Source: an uncultured Bacteroidales bacterium
GTDB taxonomy: Bacteria > Pseudomonadota > Alphaproteobacteria > Rs-D84
DNA length: 40,816 bases
Direction: 5' to 3'
NCBI GenBank assembly: GCA_964514455.1
Contig: CAZEWI010000001.1
Span: 1 to 40,816, forward strand
Shown here piece by piece: positions 36,028 through 40,816 of the stretch. Made by a program: the position numbers and the translations under genes. Each line of letters opens with the position of its first letter. Position 1 is the first letter of the stretch. The notes under the pieces were generated by a model. It did no database searches. It was not told the origin of the DNA and saw only the letters and a program-made list of their open reading frames with translations.

Positions 36028-36870
36028 ATGCAAGAAAATTCATTAAAAAAAGGCTTATATGTTGTTGGAACTCCAATTGGTAATCTATCTGATTTTTCAG
36101 AACGAGCAATACATGTTTTGAAATCAGTTGATTTCGTGGCTTGTGAAGATACTAGGGTTTCAGGAAAATTATTTTCTAAATTTGATATAAAAACTAAAAG
36201 AGTTTCTATGCATGAGCATAATGAAAAAGAAGTTCTGGATAAAATGATTTTAGAATTAAAAAATGATAAAACTATTGCTGTAATTTCTGATGCTGGAATG
36301 CCTTTGATTTCTGATCCTGGTTTTATTCTGGTTAGAGAAGCAAGAAAACAAAACATTCCTGTCTATGTTGTCCCTGGACCAACTGCTGTAATTAGTGCCT
36401 TGGTTTTATCTGGATTTCCAACTGACAAATTTTATTTTGGCGGATTTTTACCAGCAACAGAAATGGCCAGAGATAAAACAATTCATGATTCTCGCAAAAT
36501 TAAACCAACTTTAATTTTTTATGAATCACCAAAACGGCTGGAAAAGTCCCTACAATCTTTTGCTAAAATTATGCCGGAAAGAAAAATTGCTGTCGTTAGA
36601 GAAATTACTAAAATATACGAAGAAACAAAAATTGATTGGCCTGCTGGACTTATAAATTATTATTCCGAAAACGGCTGGCCAAAGGGTGAAATAGTACTGG
36701 TTGTTGATTATGCTCAAGAAACTCAAATGAGTGATGATGATATAAAATCTATCATTGATAATATATTAGAAAATAATAATTTGTCTTCAAAAGATAAAGC
36801 ATCTGAAATTGCTAAGCAAACAAATATCTCTAAAAAAACTGCTTATGATATAGTCTTAAATAAAAAATAA
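36028..36870 (+). CDS. rsmI: 16S rRNA C1402 2'-O-methyltransferase
   Basis: LYVVGTPIGNLSD, ACEDTR, ISDAGMP.ISDPG, PGPTA, FYESPKR, REITK.YEE, KGEIVLVV. Confidence 0.97.
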   Translation: MQENSLKKGLYVVGTPIGNLSDFSERAIHVLKSVDFVACEDTRVSGKLFSKFDIKTKRVSMHEHNEKEVLDKMILELKNDKTIAVISDAGMPLISDPGFILVREARKQNIPVYVVPGPTAVISALVLSGFPTDKFYFGGFLPATEMARDKTIHDSRKIKPTLIFYESPKRLEKSLQSFAKIMPERKIAVVREITKIYEETKIDWPAGLINYYSENGWPKGEIVLVVDYAQETQMSDDDIKSIIDNILENNNLSSKDKASEIAKQTNISKKTAYDIVLNKK

Positions 36871-36937
36871 CTATTGCAAATAGTTTAGGATTATAATAAA
36901 CTACAACTATGTAATTATTTTAAGGAAGGATTAAAAA

Positions 36938-38677
36938 ATGATGCAATCAATTTTGTTTTTTATACTAATTTTAACGGCTTTATTAGTTTTATTTAAAAAG
37001 GCTAAACTTGTCGCAATTTTGGCTTTTGTAGCAACTGGTATGGTAGTCGGACCTTATGGATTAAAGTTATTTTCAGGTAATCCTATGTGGGACTTTTTAG
37101 GTGAAGTTGGTATTATTTTTATGTGGTTTTTACTTGGATTAGAACTAAGTACAAAAAGACTCTGGGTTATGAAAGATAAAGTTTTCGGATTTGGAGGTAT
37201 GGAAGTTATTTTTGTCACCCTTTTATTTGCTCCTCTTTTATATTTTCTCACAGATTGGAATATTTTAGCCGTCATTATGATTGCTATGATGTTATCTATG
37301 TCTTCAACAGCAACCGATGTTCAGATTTTAGCAGATAGAAATCAATTACAAACAAATGTCGGAAGACAAGCATTTTCTGTTCTTTTATTTCAAGATTTAC
37401 TAGCGATTCCTATACTTGCAATGTTGCCAGTTTTTGCTGGTAAATCAGTTCATTTAGGGGCGGAAATAGTTGATGTTATTGTTATGGGATTTGCTCTAAT
37501 AGGTGCTGTATATCTAGTTGGACATTTTATATTAAATCCTCTGACAAAATTTGTTTCAAAAACAAAAAGTGATGAAGTTATGGTTATGTTTATTTTAACT
37601 AATATAGCCGTTTGGGCTGGAGTTTTTACTCAGTTGGGATTACCTGTTGCTATGGGAGCATTCCTTGCTGGTATGATGTTCTCAGAGACAATTTATAAGC
37701 ATCAAATTCAATCACAAATCTCCCCTTATAAAATGATAATGCTTGGATTTTTCTTTATTGCTCTGGGTTTGTCTATAAATATGAATCTTTTAACTGATTA
37801 TTGGGTATTTATTTTATCTGCTATTTTGGGTATTATAATAATTAAGTTTTTAGCAATTTATTTTATTGCTAGAATTCGTAAAATTGCTTGGAGAGATGCT
37901 CTTGAAATCGGAGTTTTACTCGCTCAATCAGGAGAATTTGGACTGGTATTATTACAAGTTATTTTAAGAAATGATTTATATATTATTCCAGAAATTGATT
38001 CTCAAATTTTAACTATTATTTTAGTTGGATCTTTAACTTTTACCCCTATATTAGTTGGTTTATTTGATATGCTAAAATTGAGTGGAAAATTATTTAGTCC
38101 TGATACGGCTAAAAATATAAATGATGAAGAAATAGGTAAGGTTGATGTTGTAATCTGTGGATTTGGAAGAGTTGGACAGACTCTTGTTAAAATGTTTGAA
38201 AAATTTAAGATAAAATATATTGCCATAGATAATGATGTTGATTCGGTTTTACTTGGCCGTGAAAATAATCTGAAAGTTTATTATGGTGATACAACAAAAT
38301 TAGATGTTTTACAATCTCTTGGATTAAAAGGTGCTAAAATAGTAATAGTTGCTCTTGATAATAGTTCTGTCGCTAAAAAAACAGTTAGAACAATTAAAGA
38401 ATTATCTAAAAGAGTTAAAATTTTTGTAAGGGCAAGAAATGTCTCGGAAGCAATACAATTTAATGATTTAGGAGTTTATAAAGCAATGCCTGAAACTATT
38501 GAATCTAGCCTTGTTTTAGCTGGTGAGGTTTTAGAATATTTTGGAATTAAGGATTCTACAATGGATAAAGAAATTTTAGAATTAAGAAATAATAATTATA
38601 GAGGATTAACTTTTGATGAAGTTGAATTTGAAAAATTATATAAAAATAAAAAAAGAATAAGAACGAGGAAAAATTAA
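36938..38677 (+). CDS. Kef-type K+/H+ antiporter (CPA2 domain plus TrkA-N/KTN domain)
   Basis: VGPYGL, GLELS, SMSSTA, LLFQDL, MGAFLAG, LAQSGEFG; C-terminal ICGFGRVGQ and YGDTT. Confidence 0.9.
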   Translation: MMQSILFFILILTALLVLFKKAKLVAILAFVATGMVVGPYGLKLFSGNPMWDFLGEVGIIFMWFLLGLELSTKRLWVMKDKVFGFGGMEVIFVTLLFAPLLYFLTDWNILAVIMIAMMLSMSSTATDVQILADRNQLQTNVGRQAFSVLLFQDLLAIPILAMLPVFAGKSVHLGAEIVDVIVMGFALIGAVYLVGHFILNPLTKFVSKTKSDEVMVMFILTNIAVWAGVFTQLGLPVAMGAFLAGMMFSETIYKHQIQSQISPYKMIMLGFFFIALGLSINMNLLTDYWVFILSAILGIIIIKFLAIYFIARIRKIAWRDALEIGVLLAQSGEFGLVLLQVILRNDLYIIPEIDSQILTIILVGSLTFTPILVGLFDMLKLSGKLFSPDTAKNINDEEIGKVDVVICGFGRVGQTLVKMFEKFKIKYIAIDNDVDSVLLGRENNLKVYYGDTTKLDVLQSLGLKGAKIVIVALDNSSVAKKTVRTIKELSKRVKIFVRARNVSEAIQFNDLGVYKAMPETIESSLVLAGEVLEYFGIKDSTMDKEILELRNNNYRGLTFDEVEFEKLYKNKKRIRTRKN

Positions 38678-38678
38678 A

Positions 38679-39179
38679 ATGAAAAAATATGTTTTTGGAC
38701 TAATTGGTTTAGTCTTATTAGATTTAGTATCTAAATCAATTCTTGTAAATTTAATAACTAATAGTTTTATTATATCTGAAAATGCATTTAGTTTAATTCC
38801 TCACCCTTATTTAATGGCCAGAATAACATCATTTTTTAACTTAGTCTTTACTTGGAATCCAGGAACTAGTTTTTCAATGTTTCAAAATATTGGATTAAAT
38901 AGTCAATTTGTTATTATATTTTTAACTTTGATTATTATAACTTATTTAATTTATTTATGGGTTTCAAAATTACATACAAATATAGAGAAAATATCTTTTA
39001 TGATGATTATTGCGGGTGCTATTGGTAATTTAATAGATAGAATTAGATTTAACGCAGTTGTTGATTTTCTTGATTTTCACATAGGTGCATATCATTGGCC
39101 AGCATTTAATATAGCCGATGTTTTAATTTGTTGTGGAGTTTTATTATATATCTATTCTCTGATTCGCAAAAAACACTAG
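38679..39179 (+). CDS. lspA: Signal peptidase II
   Basis: DLVSK, WNPGTSFS, GAIGNLIDR, VVDFLDF, WPAFNIAD. Confidence 0.96.
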   Translation: MKKYVFGLIGLVLLDLVSKSILVNLITNSFIISENAFSLIPHPYLMARITSFFNLVFTWNPGTSFSMFQNIGLNSQFVIIFLTLIIITYLIYLWVSKLHTNIEKISFMMIIAGAIGNLIDRIRFNAVVDFLDFHIGAYHWPAFNIADVLICCGVLLYIYSLIRKKH

Positions 39180-40174
39180 TGTGATTTTGAGCAAGGCATT
39201 GATATAACCAGAGATGGAGTATCTAAAATAGATATGTCTTGTTTTTTTCCACATTTAACACAAAGAGTTTCATAATCTTTTATTGCTTTTTTAGGAAAAC
39301 TTAAAATTTGTTTTTCTTGTCCTAAATGCTCAAAAGTCTCCATGTCATAAGCATCAATTGTAATTGTAAAATATGAATTTATATCAGATGGCTTAAAATA
39401 TTTTGCAATAACTTCTCCATTATGAATATCTGATGGTTTCAAAATCCAAGTATTTGATGGACCTCGTATTCCAGATGATAAACTAATATACTCAGGAAGA
39501 GAACGAATTATCAATATATGATTATTAGCATCAAGTTTTAATACTTGTTCTCGGTAGTATATTTTTTTTAATAGGGAAATTTGATCTTTGATGTTTATAT
39601 TTATAGAAATGGAACTGATTAAATGATTTTTATGAATGTTTATAAGTAGTGATATGTCAGAAAAAGACTTTATATTTTTAGGTGGATTTAAATAAAGTAA
39701 AAAATCCTGAGGGCTGGGATTTTTTATTATCCAGATATTTTCATCAGGGTCATTATTTGCTCCCCGTATTCTCCAACCGCCAGGAAGGCCCTCTATCTCA
39801 ATTAAATCCACTTCGCTTGGAAGAATGTCCAAATGAATCAACCAGTCTTGAATCCTTTTTTCAACAGATGCATTTAACCATGGTGCAAAAGAAATTTTTC
39901 CCGAAGAAATATATGCATTTGAATGATATTCAATAATTTCTAAATCTTTTGTTATAGATTGTAGAACTATTAAAAATTGAGTATATTCCTTATCTGTTTC
40001 TACCACTAGTTCTTTATACTCTAACAAAGTAAGCATAAATAAATTATCAGAAATTTTTTTACCTGTATTTATACGAACATACTCGTAATCAGGAAGAAGA
40101 ACAAAAATATTACTAGAATTTGAATACAAATCCGCTGTCTTTGGGAGAGTATTTTTTACTTTATATTCCATCAA
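39176..40174 (-). CDS. Hypothetical protein with three about 100-aa cadherin/Ig-like repeats
   Basis: Recurring LP..G....W/F.L motif at aa 27, 130 and 226; SD-like AAAGGA upstream; C-terminal CVKC. Confidence 0.65.
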   Translation of the reverse strand: MMEYKVKNTLPKTADLYSNSSNIFVLLPDYEYVRINTGKKISDNLFMLTLLEYKELVVETDKEYTQFLIVLQSITKDLEIIEYHSNAYISSGKISFAPWLNASVEKRIQDWLIHLDILPSEVDLIEIEGLPGGWRIRGANNDPDENIWIIKNPSPQDFLLYLNPPKNIKSFSDISLLINIHKNHLISSISININIKDQISLLKKIYYREQVLKLDANNHILIIRSLPEYISLSSGIRGPSNTWILKPSDIHNGEVIAKYFKPSDINSYFTITIDAYDMETFEHLGQEKQILSFPKKAIKDYETLCVKCGKKQDISILDTPSLVISMPCSKSH

Positions 40175-40280
40175 TAATCCTTTTATTTAATTGTTGATAA
40201 AGGGTTATGAAAATATAATACAACAAAAGCAAGAATAAATCAAGAAAAACTATTGATAAGTGATAAATAAGACAGAAATC

Positions 40281-40700
40281 CTAGGAAATTTCAATTGTCC
40301 TAATTCCGTCAGAATTGGATTGTATATCTAAAATCAGGGTATTTTTAGGGTTTATAAACCTTTTTGCTATCTCTGGCCATTCAATAATAGTTATACCATT
40401 TTGCATTGCATCAAACAAACCAATTTCTTCCAATTCTGATTCGTTTTTAATTCTGTATAAATCAAAATGATATATATCTCCGATTTTTGTTTCGTATGTT
40501 TGAACTAGGGTAAAAGTGGGAGATGGAACGATTGTATCATCTCCTGTCAATTCACGAATAATAGAGCGAGTTAGTTCAGTTTTACCAACTCCTAGATTTC
40601 CATTTAATAAAATGGTCATAGGACTGTGTAGAGTTTTAGCAAATTTCTTACCAAACTCCTGCATTTCAGATAAAGAATTTATAATATATTTTTCAGTCAT
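40281..40700 (-). CDS. tsaE: tRNA threonylcarbamoyladenosine biosynthesis ATPase
   Basis: GNLGVGKT, VPSPTFTLVQTY, HFDLYR, IEWPE. Confidence 0.96.
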   Translation of the reverse strand: MTEKYIINSLSEMQEFGKKFAKTLHSPMTILLNGNLGVGKTELTRSIIRELTGDDTIVPSPTFTLVQTYETKIGDIYHFDLYRIKNESELEEIGLFDAMQNGITIIEWPEIAKRFINPKNTLILDIQSNSDGIRTIEIS

Positions 40701-40723
40701 AATTACATTCTACAAAGTTTTAA

Positions 40724-40752
40724 TTGAAAATCTAGAAAAATTTTTGTAAAAT
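40724..40752 (+). promoter_or_regulatory. Sigma70-type promoter for tRNA-Thr, overlapping the tsaE promoter
   Basis: TTGAAA, 17 bp, TAAAAT; opposite strand TAGATT-16-TAGAAT (40734-40707). Confidence 0.5.
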
Positions 40753-40762
40753 GAAACAAATT

Positions 40763-40816
40763 GCCACAATAGCTCAGTTGGTAGAGCACTTCATTCGTAA
40801 TGAAGGGGTCGCAGGT
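40763..40816 (+). tRNA. tRNA-Thr (CGT), 3'-truncated by the window edge
   Basis: GCCACAA-TA-GCTCAGTTGGTAGAGC D-arm; anticodon stem CTTCA/TGAAG with loop TTCGTAA. Confidence 0.92.

Noticed and set aside
36869-36885. Palindrome AACTATT-GCA-AATAGTT over the -35 of the antiporter gene
   Set aside because: AT-rich single copy; cannot distinguish an operator from chance, and it is too weak for a terminator.
40176-40207. Hairpin that might occlude the SD of the repeat protein gene
   Set aside because: Mostly A-U pairs with a mismatch on the coding strand; transcript start unknown.
207-40749. Numerous 60-121 aa ORFs overlapping or antisense to the called genes (e.g. 207-431, 864-1118, 26357-26722, 30220-30570, 36003-36356, 40516-40749)
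   Set aside because: Shadow ORFs lying inside well-supported genes, with no motifs or SD support.
40763-40816. tRNA-Thr as an island integration site
   Set aside because: Its 3' end and downstream DNA are outside the window, so this is untestable here.
1-40816. CRISPR array, IS element, prophage, defence system or alternative genetic code
   Set aside because: No spaced direct repeats, transposase, phage or defence motifs seen; TGA acts as a stop (e.g. lpxD) and conserved genes are full length under code 11.

Overview
A very AT-rich, gene-dense chromosomal window from what appears to be an alphaproteobacterium. This is inferred from AddB, a Zn-free L36, a ZitP-type zinc-ribbon protein, the ftsEX-DUF218-plsC order and an alpha-type HTH regulator; it may be an uncultured low-GC lineage. 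Most of the window is housekeeping: pnp (3' part), addB, xth, frr-uppS-cdsA-rseP-bamA, der, efp, mreC-mreD-mrdA-rodA, rpmJ, skp-lpxD-fabZ, ftsEX, plsC, tRNA-Cys, rluD, lpxA-lpxB, an LpoA/LppC-like lipoprotein, rsmI, a Kef-type antiporter, lspA, tsaE and a truncated tRNA-Thr. I see no transposase, integrase, phage gene or CRISPR array. The most unusual element is a promoter-led, translationally coupled trio of long type IV pilin-like genes (30197-34398). Each carries a class III signal peptide and motifs of the shufflon PilV constant region, followed by divergent C-terminal halves, with no pil operon, Rci recombinase or sfx repeats in the window. Also notable: a 3x cadherin/Ig-like repeat protein, a miniature ZitP-like protein, Cys-rich orphan exported proteins, an FtsE with a long tail, the frr-to-lpxB superoperon split by two intercalated blocks, several predicted leaderless mRNAs, a mirror-symmetric bidirectional promoter and a decayed GC-rich palindromic element. 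Family calls come from motif recognition only; no searches were run.
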